DNA of 64,000 nt. Source: a virus. The translations under genes were made by a program, and so were the position numbers. Under the pieces are notes generated by a model. That model was not told the origin of the DNA and searched no databases. It worked only from the letters and a program-made list of their open reading frames with translations. Shown here piece after piece: positions 24,953 to 35,146 of the stretch. Position 1 is the first letter of the stretch, and each line of letters begins with the position of its first letter. Location of the stretch: positions 2,650 to 66,649 of IMG/VR virus record IMGVR_UViG_3300032224_001411; one strand, 5' to 3'.

Positions 24953-25429
24953 TCAAATCTCTGTTCGACACTCTTGACACAATAGCGCATTGAGCCCTGT
25001 GTCTTGGTCATAAACCACAATACCAGATTGTGTAACTCCTGTTGGGCTAACTGGGCCTTCTGTTCCACATCTGTCGCACTTGAGTTCGACAATCCATTCT
25101 ACAGAATTTCCTCGCTCAATCGAAGCAAGCATTCCTCGTGACAAAGCATGTTCGGGTCCAGGTCCTAATGTTTTTCGAATAAACAATCGAACATCACTGA
25201 CCTTGATCACTGGGCGTACTTCTTTACATCGGCAATCAATGCGAGAGGGGGTACATAAGACTAGCCCACCATCAAACTTTTGGTGAGAGCTTATTGAGTG
25301 TCCACAGATACAAACTCTCTTGTCTCTATCGGTTCGTCCTGCTTTACGAATTTTTTCGTCAGCAGCTTTCAATTCCTCAATCGTAAAATCAAGAAATTCC
25401 ATAGGGTTATTTTTTTGTTCCATACCCAA
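24953..25429 (-). CDS. Cys-rich hypothetical protein
   Basis: CICGH...CRC...CDRC...CQEC. Confidence 0.7.
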   Translation of the reverse strand: MGMEQKNNPMEFLDFTIEELKAADEKIRKAGRTDRDKRVCICGHSISSHQKFDGGLVLCTPSRIDCRCKEVRPVIKVSDVRLFIRKTLGPGPEHALSRGMLASIERGNSVEWIVELKCDRCGTEGPVSPTGVTQSGIVVYDQDTGLNALLCQECRTEI

Positions 25430-25451
25430 AGTGTATCATAAACTTTCATAA

Positions 25452-25676
25452 AAATCCTAATTTTATAATTGTCAATCGGTTTTTCGGTACCCTATACGCA
25501 CACGCATACGCGTATAGTAAATTCAGTTGACATTTATAATATTAGGATTTATTATTGCCCTACTATCCACTTTGACCAAAAGTTTTTTCCAAAAATGGAT
25601 AGTATTATTTACACCCCTCTATTTTTTACTATTCACTTCTGGTTTTACTTTTTCTCCAAACGTGATAGTATTATTT
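25452..25676. repeat. AT-rich inverted/direct repeat cluster between divergent genes (origin-like)
   Basis: 24-bp arms at 25452-25475 and 25527-25550 (2 mismatches); inner CTATACGC/GCGTATAG; two related TACTAT....ATAGTATTATTT units at 25561-25610 and 25627-25676. Confidence 0.65.
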
Positions 25677-25702
25677 TATCATCAAATCTGAACAGGAGTA
25701 AA

Positions 25703-25942
25703 ATGTCATACCTTGTACTGACAATCGTCTACTTTTTCACTTCTTTATTATACATTTTTTGGCCCATTGCAGTCCTTGTAATGCTCACAAAAGTGTTTAA
25801 TTTTAAGATTGCACTCCCCTCTACAATCGTCATCACCATACTAATTGCTTCCCTCGGACACCCAGCATTCCTTTTTGCAGGAGCCATAGTCTTGCTCATC
25901 AGCATTCTTTTCTACCTGATTGGAGACTACTTAATCTGGTAA
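25703..25942 (+). CDS. Small membrane protein
   Basis: Start MSYLVLTIV behind AGGAG; almost entirely hydrophobic. Confidence 0.6.
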   Translation: MSYLVLTIVYFFTSLLYIFWPIAVLVMLTKVFNFKIALPSTIVITILIASLGHPAFLFAGAIVLLISILFYLIGDYLIW

Positions 25943-25977
25943 AATAGAAGTACACCACCTCAAAACCCCAGAAAGTT

Positions 25978-27843
25978 ATGATGCTACGTCCCATTAGGGG
26001 CGAGGGAGAGCGTCCACAACATCTACTTACAAAGACAAAAAGACCACTGATTTTTACGTCAGTGGTCTTTCTTTTTTGTTTTAATCCGATTACGGCTGCC
26101 GCTTTACCTTTACGGATCGAGACGCAGTTTCAGCCAACTCAGCCTCGTATTTCTTCGCAGCCTTACGGTTCATTCTTGCAGCAAGCACTAGTCCTAGAAG
26201 AAAAAACCCCAGAACTCCTACTGCAAAACCAACCCAGAACGAATCAAGTTCAATTACAATCTGCATATTCAGACCTCCTATCTGAACTCCAGTCTACACT
26301 ACATTACCTTGAAAATCTACTTTCAAACGCAAAAAACTCCGACCCCTTAAACCCAGACCCCGAACTTTTCTCCCAATATAAAGCAGAGATTAGAAATCTG
26401 GAACTTAAGCTCCAGCAACTTCAAACGAACGTCGACGCAACTCAACAAGCATACGAACAGCTACTAGCGTCTCAGATATCCTACGAAGAAGCAACAGCAA
26501 ATAAGCAACAGGCTCAAGAAGTCTACGACGCTGCAGTTATCAACGAACAGCAGTCCCAGACAAATCTCACACAAGCACATCAAAACTTAGACTCAGCAAT
26601 ACAGTCTTACGAACAAGCGCAACAAAACTACCAGCAAGCGCTGCAAGCTTATAACGAAAGCCAGATTCCAGACCCCAACCAAACTAACACGCAACCAGCG
26701 CAACCAGGGTTACAGGCAGATATTTATAACCAAATACAAACAGCAGGTACAAACACTCCCCCACGCTCTACAACTGCCTACAACTTCTGTAAAACTATTA
26801 CGGTTACCCAAATCAACAACAACTGGGGTAGAGGAGATATTGAAGGTTGTGGAAACGACTACGTGATGATCCACTACACGGGATACCTCACTATCCCTGA
26901 AGCAACTCCTTACGGTTATGACTTTCTCAGCATTTCCGACGACGGATGGTACTTTGAACTAGACGGACAAGTAATAAACGATAACTGGTATCCAAAAGGC
27001 TGCTCAGGTAACTGGAGCCAAAAGTTTCCCCTGACCCCAGGACACTCCTACCAAGTAGATGCATGGTGGTATGAGTGGAGCGGAGGGGCCTGTTCAACGC
27101 TCTATTACGATAACGGATACAACTGGGGACCAGTTCCTGCTGCGTGGTTCTCACAGAGCCCCTACACCCCCATTAGATATATCAATGACCCTGCTCTCTA
27201 CCCAGCGGTCATAAGGACAGAACAAGAGCTTCAGGACGCCTTAAATACTAAAACAACTCTCGAGAACAGCCTTAATCTATCTGAAGAAGAATACGCTGAA
27301 TCGCAAGACAAGCTCTTAAGATCCAGCCAACTTTTAACGAACGCAGATACAACGCAATACGATCTACAGCTCCAGCTAACTTTGAACGAACAACAATATA
27401 CTTCTTTATACACAGATACAGCACAACTCGCAGCATTTATCTCCTTCAAAACTATCAACGAAATTCTTACCACACCAGCCCCAGAAATTCCCGCACCCAC
27501 ACCGGAACCATCACCAACTCCAAACGAACCTCCATTAGAAGTCACTCCCGCTCCAGAATCTACCCCAAAACCTACCCCAGAACCAGAGCCAGAAAACCTA
27601 GCGGTTGCAGCAGTTTCAGCAGTAACCGAAGCGTTTGCTCAAGTTTCAGAAGCCATTGCAAATATTGGTTCAGATCTATCACCAGAGGTACGTAAAAAAG
27701 CTCAAAAGGTAGTTATTTCAGCAATTGTTGTTACACAAATTGCAACTCAAGCGGCACAGATTGCAACTCAAGCAGCCGCTGCTTCAGCATCTACAGCAGC
27801 CTCCTCAGCAAGTTCTAGTTCAAGACCAGGAAGGAGGAAATAA
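25978..27843 (+). CDS. Coiled-coil + PA14-like domain + Pro-rich linker protein
   Basis: GLQADIY...INNNWG.G...IHYTGYLTIP....SDDG..FELDG PA14-like pattern; start uncertain. Confidence 0.65.
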   Translation: MMLRPIRGEGERPQHLLTKTKRPLIFTSVVFLFCFNPITAAALPLRIETQFQPTQPRISSQPYGSFLQQALVLEEKTPELLLQNQPRTNQVQLQSAYSDLLSELQSTLHYLENLLSNAKNSDPLNPDPELFSQYKAEIRNLELKLQQLQTNVDATQQAYEQLLASQISYEEATANKQQAQEVYDAAVINEQQSQTNLTQAHQNLDSAIQSYEQAQQNYQQALQAYNESQIPDPNQTNTQPAQPGLQADIYNQIQTAGTNTPPRSTTAYNFCKTITVTQINNNWGRGDIEGCGNDYVMIHYTGYLTIPEATPYGYDFLSISDDGWYFELDGQVINDNWYPKGCSGNWSQKFPLTPGHSYQVDAWWYEWSGGACSTLYYDNGYNWGPVPAAWFSQSPYTPIRYINDPALYPAVIRTEQELQDALNTKTTLENSLNLSEEEYAESQDKLLRSSQLLTNADTTQYDLQLQLTLNEQQYTSLYTDTAQLAAFISFKTINEILTTPAPEIPAPTPEPSPTPNEPPLEVTPAPESTPKPTPEPEPENLAVAAVSAVTEAFAQVSEAIANIGSDLSPEVRKKAQKVVISAIVVTQIATQAAQIATQAAAASASTAASSASSSSRPGRRK

Positions 27844-27846
27844 CAC

Positions 27847-28032
27847 ATGAAAGACTTTTTCAACGACTTAATCTCACAAGCGTGGACTCTTCTCGGAATG
27901 TTCGTTGCATACGTTGTTCTAGAAGGATCGGCCAAGGAAGTAATCGGTTGGTGCATTATTGGAACATTAGCTTTATGGATAGTCACATATCCACTTCGTA
28001 AGCCATCTGACTCAAATCAAGATGACGAGTAA
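27847..28032 (+). CDS. Small two-TM membrane protein (holin-like)
   Basis: Two hydrophobic helices, upstream of an M23 peptidase. Confidence 0.55.
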   Translation: MKDFFNDLISQAWTLLGMFVAYVVLEGSAKEVIGWCIIGTLALWIVTYPLRKPSDSNQDDE

Positions 28033-28075
28033 ACGGTAAAATTAATAGTAAGCCTCAAACAAACAAAGGAATAAA

Positions 28076-28720
28076 ATGGTATCAGATTCAAAAGCACAAT
28101 ATGCAATTGATGGAAATCCAGGTAAGAAATGGAAAGTAACATCATACATGGGTTGGCGTATTCACCCCGTCCTGAAAGAAAAGCGGCATCACAATGGTAC
28201 CGACATTTGGTCTTCACAAGAGCCTTGCTGGATTGAAGCACCTTACGCAGGAAAAGTTATTGCAGTTGGCAACAACCCCTCTGGTTTTGGAAATAGCGTC
28301 ACGTTACTTCACAAAATCAAGGGACAGTGGTATACCACACTGTATGCACATATGGCAAACGGCTCAGTCAAGGTTAAAAAGAACCAAAAGATTGATGCTG
28401 GAACTCCTCTTGGAAAGATGGGATCAACTGGAATGTCAACTGGTAAGCACCTACACTGGGAGCTTCACAAAGGCAAGCAGCACATCTGGAGTGCAACTGG
28501 AGCAGGATACATTGAACCAGTTAAGTTCTTCAAGCACCTCATTGAGTGGGAAAAGTCGATTGCTTCTGCCCCTGTAGAGGCAAAACCCGAAGATCCAGTA
28601 ATCCCAACTCCAACTCACGACGAGGCTGGGTCAGAGGCTGCAGAAGCAAGTCAAAATGCTATTGCTTCAGCCCCAGTAGCCCCTGCAGTAGCCCCAAAGC
28701 CACCAGTCAAAAAAAGATAA
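28076..28720 (+). CDS. M23 family peptidase
   Basis: HNGTD, YAHM, GSTGMSTGKHLHWE. Confidence 0.9.
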   Translation: MVSDSKAQYAIDGNPGKKWKVTSYMGWRIHPVLKEKRHHNGTDIWSSQEPCWIEAPYAGKVIAVGNNPSGFGNSVTLLHKIKGQWYTTLYAHMANGSVKVKKNQKIDAGTPLGKMGSTGMSTGKHLHWELHKGKQHIWSATGAGYIEPVKFFKHLIEWEKSIASAPVEAKPEDPVIPTPTHDEAGSEAAEASQNAIASAPVAPAVAPKPPVKKR

Positions 28721-28817
28721 AGACTTATCGGGATAAAGGTGCATTTATATACATAGCACGTAATAAACAATAGCCGATAGAGAAGGCCCCCCACCACAAG
28801 GTAGGGGGGTTCTTCTT

Positions 28818-29318
28818 TTAGTAGGAGCGACCCTTACCAACTTCACGAAGTAGTCCAAGCGACCTAAAACTTGCTAACTTATCATGCACGGTTCGTACTG
28901 GCATAGCAAATAGCACAGAAAGTATGACAGCAGGGTTTTTAACCCTAAATTGAGTGATGAAGTTATAAAAAAGGATCATTTTATCCTCATCCAACAACTT
29001 AAATGATGTCCAATGGTGATTAATGTGGTCCATCAAGAGCAAAATACGCTTCTCTGGGCTTGGAAATGCATGAATATTAGCATTTCCACCAAAAGATTGC
29101 TCCAAAAAGTCGAAAACAGGGTCTCGTAAGTACTCTAGTCTCTTACTGGCATCACCCTCTGTGAACCCATATACAGGGAACTCTAGGTGCCCAATTATCA
29201 GTAAGTCGTCTCCGTACTTACCAGAGACCCACCATTCGCTCGAAAAACCGCCATTTTCCGCCTCAAAAAGCTCGACGGTTGCATATAAATTACGTCTCTC
29301 AAATGTAATGAGAGCCAT
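28818..29318 (-). CDS. Hypothetical protein (possible C-terminal HTH)
   Basis: ORF; PVRTVHDKLASFRSLGLL. Confidence 0.6.
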   Translation of the reverse strand: MALITFERRNLYATVELFEAENGGFSSEWWVSGKYGDDLLIIGHLEFPVYGFTEGDASKRLEYLRDPVFDFLEQSFGGNANIHAFPSPEKRILLLMDHINHHWTSFKLLDEDKMILFYNFITQFRVKNPAVILSVLFAMPVRTVHDKLASFRSLGLLREVGKGRSY

Positions 29319-29321
29319 AAT

Positions 29322-29924
29322 TTACTTCTTTTTCTTCTCAGTTTTAATAAAAGCGAGGCGCGAGATCTCTTCAGAAGCAGCAAGAACAGCAATTGGAGCA
29401 GATGCAGTGATTGCAACACCAATCCAAAGACGGTAATCACCATTTCCAACACCAATTGTGCTCAAATAGTCAAGCGTGTGTGCTACGTTTGCTGAAATTG
29501 ACACTCCTGCAAAGATAAAAAGCCAGAAAATAGTCCTGAGTGTTCCTTCACCACGCGCTGTAAATACAAAAAGTGCAATTGTATAGGCCAGAATAGCGGC
29601 ATCAATGAACAAAGCAGGTACCCATTGTAGGAATACAGGCAATCCTGTGTACTGCGAGATATCCCAAATACCAGAAAAAGACACAACAAAGGACGAAAGC
29701 ATGAGGATAAACACCAAAATCAGTGCAATCCACAGCGTTCCACGAGAGTCAGGGTTAATACGCTGAGCGTTAGAAGAAGTTGTTTCGACTACAGGTGTAG
29801 GTACGGAAACTTCATTTTGTTCTTCCTCAATATCCATGTCTAACTCCTGCTCATTCTCAATCCAATCATCATCTATGATTTTTGCAAAGCCCCCTCGGGG
29901 GGCAAAAGGTTGGTTAGTATTCAT
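29322..29924 (-). CDS. DUF2637-like multi-TM membrane protein
   Basis: SF..SF.G...P..ID.AI...S..ANVAH...AP. Confidence 0.6.
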   Translation of the reverse strand: MNTNQPFAPRGGFAKIIDDDWIENEQELDMDIEEEQNEVSVPTPVVETTSSNAQRINPDSRGTLWIALILVFILMLSSFVVSFSGIWDISQYTGLPVFLQWVPALFIDAAILAYTIALFVFTARGEGTLRTIFWLFIFAGVSISANVAHTLDYLSTIGVGNGDYRLWIGVAITASAPIAVLAASEEISRLAFIKTEKKKK

Positions 29925-30286
29925 GTCAAAAGTGTACCACATCTTACATAAAAAGCAAACTCCACACACAAAGTTCGAGGCCCCCCTATTTCTAGGAGGG
30001 CCTCGTTGTAGCACATGCATACGGTTTTTGCCGAAACATCTATTAGTTGGTTGATAAAGGTATGAGGTAAATCAACAGTCTCTTTGTGCTACATGTATTA
30101 CTTTACACTATTAAGTTATATTGTCAAATCCAAAACGCCGTTTATCGTCCTTAGTATCAAATTTATATTTTAACCAGGAGTAGGGAACGACGAATGGAAT
30201 TAGCAGGATAATCATCAACACAAAACCTATTGTCCATAGCCATGAACAAATAAGTTTTATTGTATTTATCATCCTTTAGCTTCCTA

Positions 30287-30526
30287 TTAGTACTTTGGAG
30301 CCGAAGCTTTACCAAGAAGCCAACCAGCTGCCGGCCACCGCTGCTCAAGTAAACGAACGAGCGTGTAGTAGACAGCTTGGATAATTCCAGTCAGAGCAAC
30401 AATCGATCCAGCCTGTGTTTCTGCGTCGAGTTCGAGTCCCTGCGTGGCAAGCCACGAAAAGAAACCACCGACAATAATGGGGACCCAAGTACGAATGAGC
30501 CCGATTAGTTGATTATTTAACTGCAT
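30287..30526 (-). CDS. Holin-like membrane protein
   Basis: IRTWVP..VG....WLA...YY..VR.LE.RWP..GWLLG. Confidence 0.6.
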   Translation of the reverse strand: MQLNNQLIGLIRTWVPIIVGGFFSWLATQGLELDAETQAGSIVALTGIIQAVYYTLVRLLEQRWPAAGWLLGKASAPKY

Positions 30527-30537
30527 TTTTTCCTTCC

Positions 30538-31239
30538 TTATGGAGATACCCACCCATTATTACGATATGACTCGTAAGTGAGCGGCATTTTTTCTGCCCA
30601 AAGTTTCTCCATCTGCGCAGCAACCATCTCAATCTCCACTTGCGGATACGAGGGATTAAGTGCATCAGACTTCGATGTTCTTAGGGACAGAAAGTTCATA
30701 ATTCCTCGTGCATTCATCGTCACATACATCGAACTATACAAGTTGACGGGAAGTACCATTCTAGCTACTTCCTTAGCAATGTTGAGGTTAAGCAGTTTAT
30801 TGTATTTAACATAAGACTCGACAGAGTTTGCAAGAATAGCCTCACGAACCTGGGCCTTCTGAAAGTCAGTACCGCTTTCAAACGTGTACATCCCAGGCTT
30901 CCCAATCTGTAGTAGCTTTCTCTCATCATTAGGGACGTAGAAAACTGGATCTAATTCGCGGTAACGACCGCTCTCTTCATTGTAAGAAGCAACTCGATGA
31001 CGCATGAACTCGCGGAATACAAAGATTGGAGCTTCAACATAGAACGTAAAGGCGTTGTGCTCGAACGGAGTCCCGTGGCGCTCACGCATAAGGTAGTTAA
31101 TTAGACCAGCGTCCTTAGACTCATTCTCTAGCGGAGCAGTCTTTGTTGAAACTCGAGCGCTGCGGACAACAGTCAAATCTCCACCCATATGATCAATCAA
31201 CTCAACGGTCATATCTTCACGAATTACTACTTTACTCAT
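30538..31239 (-). CDS. thyX: FAD-dependent thymidylate synthase
   Basis: H.TPFEH, RHR.ASYNEESGRY, KEVARMVLP motifs. Confidence 0.95.
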   Translation of the reverse strand: MSKVVIREDMTVELIDHMGGDLTVVRSARVSTKTAPLENESKDAGLINYLMRERHGTPFEHNAFTFYVEAPIFVFREFMRHRVASYNEESGRYRELDPVFYVPNDERKLLQIGKPGMYTFESGTDFQKAQVREAILANSVESYVKYNKLLNLNIAKEVARMVLPVNLYSSMYVTMNARGIMNFLSLRTSKSDALNPSYPQVEIEMVAAQMEKLWAEKMPLTYESYRNNGWVSP

Positions 31240-31249
31240 GTCCAATTCA

Positions 31250-31939
31250 CTAGCCAATTGGTTCTCCTTTATATGTATTATCAATCTCCCCATCCCACGA
31301 GTTTTCACGTCTAATCTTCAATGACCACTCACCAGACGAAACATCTCCACGCTCTTTCTTTTCAGCAAAGTACTTCTCATTGGCCTTGAAAGTCACCACA
31401 TTACGTCGAACAAAGTAATCTGAGCTACGAATGGTGGCACTCTTCTTATGCAATAAAGGTATTTTAGCCTCAATGACGTCGAAGCCCTTCAGTTCTGTAC
31501 GCCAACGGTAGTCGTCGTCCTCGAAGTTTGCAGGGTATAGCCCCTCATCAAATATCCCCACCTCTTCTATTACCCGCTCACCAATTGAAAAGATCTGAAA
31601 GAAAGGGTACTGGTGTGACACGACAATCCGATCCTCAGCACTCTCGTTAGCCCAAATCTCAATGGATCCAGGCTGAAACATCACATCATCTGACGCGACA
31701 TAGACAACCGAATCGTGCGGAAAACTCTTAATTGCAAGGTTCCAGGACGCTGCGACACCAAGATTAGAGGGCATATTGAGAATCGTGCACTGCTCCACGC
31801 AATCTGGAATACCAACACTATCTAGTTCACCACCATTGTCAATAATCAATAAATGACCAACAGGGTAGTCAATACAACGAACAAGACTCTGAAGAGACTC
31901 GTACTGATTGAGCGTAGGGATTGTTAGGTTAGGAATCAA
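31250..31939 (-). CDS. Glycosyltransferase family 2
   Basis: IIDNG, NLGVAASWN, SDD, FDE..YPA.FEDDDY. Confidence 0.85.
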   Translation of the reverse strand: MIPNLTIPTLNQYESLQSLVRCIDYPVGHLLIIDNGGELDSVGIPDCVEQCTILNMPSNLGVAASWNLAIKSFPHDSVVYVASDDVMFQPGSIEIWANESAEDRIVVSHQYPFFQIFSIGERVIEEVGIFDEGLYPANFEDDDYRWRTELKGFDVIEAKIPLLHKKSATIRSSDYFVRRNVVTFKANEKYFAEKKERGDVSSGEWSLKIRRENSWDGEIDNTYKGEPIG

Positions 31940-31942
31940 AGC

Positions 31943-32404
31943 CTACCCAACCCCCGTAGAACCATAGCCATCAGAGCCTCGGTCAGTAGCATTCTTAGAG
32001 AAGTCTTTTTCAGAGACGAGAGCAAAGTACCCGACCTCAACCTTTTGAATGACCAGCTGAGCAATACGATCTCCAACACCGACAGTAAAGTATTTGTCAG
32101 AGGTGTTGTAGAGAATAACGCCAATCTCTCCGAGATATCCAGCGTCAATAGTTCCAGGAGCGTTCAGCACTGTAATTCCATGCTTGAGCGCAAGCCCTGA
32201 GCGGGGGTGTACCAGACCCACGTATCCACGTGGAATCGCTACGTGCACTCCTGTACCAACGAGCATACGCTCACCAGGAGGAATAATGACGTCGATAGCA
32301 GAGCATAGGTCTGCACCAGCATCACCAAAGTGCGCGTAGTTTGGACGAAGTGCTTCGTCCTCGAGAAACATCTCGATCTTTACAAAAGGCTCGTCATCTG
32401 TCAT
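31943..32404 (-). CDS. dut: dUTPase
   Basis: GDAGADL, PRSGLA, GTIDAGY.GEI, RG..GYGSTG. Confidence 0.95.
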   Translation of the reverse strand: MTDDEPFVKIEMFLEDEALRPNYAHFGDAGADLCSAIDVIIPPGERMLVGTGVHVAIPRGYVGLVHPRSGLALKHGITVLNAPGTIDAGYLGEIGVILYNTSDKYFTVGVGDRIAQLVIQKVEVGYFALVSEKDFSKNATDRGSDGYGSTGVG

Positions 32405-32550
32405 GGGTCAATTTTAGCACGACGTTCCCTCTTTTTAGCCTCATACGCCAATTTCCTTCGAGCAATCTCTTCCTGCTTAATTTCCAACAGACGTCGACGA
32501 GCCTCTACTGAGAGATTAGCGTCCCAGCTACGCCATTTTTTTCTTGCCAT
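32401..32550 (-). CDS. 49-aa basic helical protein
   Basis: MARKKWRSWDANLSVEARRRLLEIKQEEIARRK...; ATGA-coupled to dut. Confidence 0.5.
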   Translation of the reverse strand: MARKKWRSWDANLSVEARRRLLEIKQEEIARRKLAYEAKKRERRAKIDP

Positions 32551-32551
32551 G

Positions 32552-32623
32552 TCCCCCTGGAGAGATTCGAACTCCCGGCCTGTAGGGTAGAAACCTATTG
32601 CTCTTCCGCTGAGCTACAGAGGG
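32552..32623 (-). tRNA. tRNA-Arg(TCT)
   Basis: CCCTCTG/CAGGGGG acceptor, GCTC/GAGC D-arm, anticodon loop TTTCTAC, TTCGAAT T-loop; CCA not encoded. Confidence 0.9.
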
Positions 32624-32633
32624 TATTACGCTA

Positions 32634-32894
32634 TTAATCTACAATAGCAATAATGTCTTCCAAGTTTAAGACAATCATATTCTCTTCACCTACAGCAACT
32701 TCAGTTCCTGCGTAGGGGGAATAGATTACTTTATTCTGGACGTCGACGCTTTCAACTTCAGAGCCTACAGCGATAACTACTCCGTGATTAGTTTTTTCTT
32801 TTTCTGCAACTCCAATAAAGAAACCTGATGCAGTCGCGGTTGGAGCCTCTGCAGGCTTTACCAGTACTCGTTTTCCGATAGGTGTGATTTTCAT
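32634..32894 (-). CDS. groES: Co-chaperonin GroES
   Basis: I.P.G.RVLVK...TASG...G.VIAVG...YAGTEV...DIIAIV. Confidence 0.9.
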   Translation of the reverse strand: MKITPIGKRVLVKPAEAPTATASGFFIGVAEKEKTNHGVVIAVGSEVESVDVQNKVIYSPYAGTEVAVGEENMIVLNLEDIIAIVD

Positions 32895-32896
32895 TC

Positions 32897-33277
32897 TTAC
32901 TTCTTTCTATTAGTTGATTCTAGACTACCACGAGCAACCTCTTGAATAATCTGCTCAATGTTAATATCACTACGATACTTGTAGTAGTTGAGAATTGCAA
33001 GTACACGATCTCGTTCACTTTTAATTAGCATTTGACGTTCGCGCCTCTTATCATTCTCTATGACAGCGAGCTCAATTTCCATTGCTTCATGCTTACGCTT
33101 ACGAGAATAGTGCCTCTCACATAGCCCAGCAGCCTTTACTCCACTACTACAGTTTGACATAGAGCAGGGTATTTTAGCCCTCTCTGCTCTTGACCTAGCA
33201 GAGTAGTGTTTTTGACAAAGGTCAAAAATCAACCTACCTACAGAATCACACTCTGAGCATTTACCTCTACCAGCCAT
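32897..33277 (-). CDS. Cys/His Zn-finger hypothetical protein with ERxR motif
   Basis: LCQKHY and LCERHY repeats; ERDRVLAIL. Confidence 0.65.
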   Translation of the reverse strand: MAGRGKCSECDSVGRLIFDLCQKHYSARSRAERAKIPCSMSNCSSGVKAAGLCERHYSRKRKHEAMEIELAVIENDKRRERQMLIKSERDRVLAILNYYKYRSDINIEQIIQEVARGSLESTNRKK

Positions 33278-33288
33278 TAGTTGTTTCC

Positions 33289-34347
33289 TTATCGGGCATA
33301 ACGACTCAATATAATCATTGGGTCTATAAGATTACCATGTATCTTGATTGCAAGGTGTAAGTGGTCCCCACTAGTCATCCCTGTGCTTCCAACCTTACCA
33401 ATAATCTGCTTAAGTTCAATAGTATCCCCAACAGACACTTCCACAGAACTTAAATGAGCATAGATTGTCTCCATCCCATATCCAGCATCTACAGAGACAT
33501 ATTTTCCTAGGCTATAGTCATAGTCAATTTTATTAACTGTACCAGCAACAACAGCAGGAATCTTTGTCCCATAAGGTACAGTAAAGTCTAAACCTTGATG
33601 GTAAGAAGAACACCCTGAACACGGTGGGGTTCTATAACCCCAGCCATCATTGATAGTCGACTTACTAAATGGATATCGCATTACGGGTATATAAAAACCC
33701 AATGATGGGTTTGGAACATCACTAGCTATAGCATTTTCTGCAGTAAAAGACTGTATTCTCTCCGATTTATTGGTAAAGTCTCCGCAAGGAGCGACACCAG
33801 CATGGGCCGGAGAGCTGCCAATAAGCAAAGTTGAAGCTGCGGCCAACACTACATACTTTTTTGTTTGAGCAGAGGCTTCTTTAGTCCAACTTTGAAAAAG
33901 TCCTAGACTCCTAGCTAACTTACTTGGACCAGGAACTTGCTCTTCAGATAGGACAATCTCCGTTACTGGAGCCGGATCTGTTTCTATCACATCCAGAACT
34001 TCTTTAGGTTTCCTGCGAAAGATACCATAAATTTCGTCTTTGAAATCTTCAACAAGCTTTGTCACAATGTGGTCATCAGGGAAGCTGACAAACGCTTTAT
34101 CAATAATCTCAGCAACCCTATTACGCTCAAAACGAGCAACTTCGTGATGATTACCAATTCCCTCTACATACTCAAGACATTCTGCTTGATATTGCATGAG
34201 GCCGCGCTCATTACCAACGACGCGGATGTAGTTATCTTTACTACGCTTAAGAACGTAAGCAACTCGGTTTCTTTGAGAGATACCCGAATCTAACTTCCAC
34301 TTTTTTCGTAGGCTTTCAAGTTGTTTTCTCTGTACGTTACTTATCAT
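33289..34347 (-). CDS. Protein with C-terminal M23 peptidase domain
   Basis: HQGLD, YAHL, GSTGMTSGDHLH; hydrophobic segment precedes the domain. Confidence 0.85.
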   Translation of the reverse strand: MISNVQRKQLESLRKKWKLDSGISQRNRVAYVLKRSKDNYIRVVGNERGLMQYQAECLEYVEGIGNHHEVARFERNRVAEIIDKAFVSFPDDHIVTKLVEDFKDEIYGIFRRKPKEVLDVIETDPAPVTEIVLSEEQVPGPSKLARSLGLFQSWTKEASAQTKKYVVLAAASTLLIGSSPAHAGVAPCGDFTNKSERIQSFTAENAIASDVPNPSLGFYIPVMRYPFSKSTINDGWGYRTPPCSGCSSYHQGLDFTVPYGTKIPAVVAGTVNKIDYDYSLGKYVSVDAGYGMETIYAHLSSVEVSVGDTIELKQIIGKVGSTGMTSGDHLHLAIKIHGNLIDPMIILSRYAR

Positions 34348-34597
34348 TTAATTTTTCTCTCTCGATAAGTGCAATAGCATTTTCTATAACCCAAACAGTT
34401 TTAGTTCCTGCTTTGGTCCCTGTTGATGCGGCAGTGTTGCTCATTTTTTCTAGTATTGCGATGATGCGCTCGCGTTCTTTACGGATACCCTTTTCGATAC
34501 CCTCCTCTTTGGAGCTCCTAGCGATAGCACCAACCGTCCCCTCCAAGAGTTCACGGCTGTGCTGAGACACCAAACGTTCGTAGTTTCCCTTACTCAC
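34337..34597 (-). CDS. Small hypothetical protein (ERERII family)
   Basis: GIRKERERIIAILE. Confidence 0.65.
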   Translation of the reverse strand: MSKGNYERLVSQHSRELLEGTVGAIARSSKEEGIEKGIRKERERIIAILEKMSNTAASTGTKAGTKTVWVIENAIALIEREKLNDK

Positions 34598-34806
34598 GAG
34601 ACATACCCTTCAGTAAGATACTCAACTAGTTTACTTAAACCCAATTCTGGGTCGTGAGCGTACTCCTTACGGACGTCGATGATAAGTTCTAAAATGCGCG
34701 TACCCTCCTGAGTGCGAACATGCTCAGAATATGCATTAATTTCGTCTACGTCTGCTTCAGAGAATGCATTATTTAGTACCAGCATGTTGTGTTCAAACTT
34801 AATCAT
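34594..34806 (-). CDS. Small hypothetical protein
   Basis: Coupled ORF; EGTRILELI. Confidence 0.6.
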   Translation of the reverse strand: MIKFEHNMLVLNNAFSEADVDEINAYSEHVRTQEGTRILELIIDVRKEYAHDPELGLSKLVEYLTEGYVS

Positions 34807-34948
34807 TAGTAATCCTTTTTTCTAGGTTTGTTGATCAAGTAGCGAATAATCTCATTAGCCGTAGAATACAGAATAACTAGACCAATCAAAATAAAAATAG
34901 CAAGTACCCCATACCCAAACAGCATAAGAGCAGTGTAGATAAACAGTG

Positions 34949-35146
34949 TCATGTTTTTGTATCTCCTTTGATGAGTGCAATGATATCAGAAACGTCTGAA
35001 AACGCATAGTGCCATTCATCCTTGGCTTCGATTAGTGCAATGATACGCTCACGCTCTGCGCTACGTCCAAGGTCATACTGAACTCGACCATGAGCCTTGA
35101 GTTCGAGTTCGAAGACTTCTTCCTCGGTAAATATGCGCCGGATCAT
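34949..35146 (-). CDS. Small hypothetical protein (ERERII family)
   Basis: GRSAERERIIALIE. Confidence 0.65.
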   Translation of the reverse strand: MIRRIFTEEEVFELELKAHGRVQYDLGRSAERERIIALIEAKDEWHYAFSDVSDIIALIKGDTKT

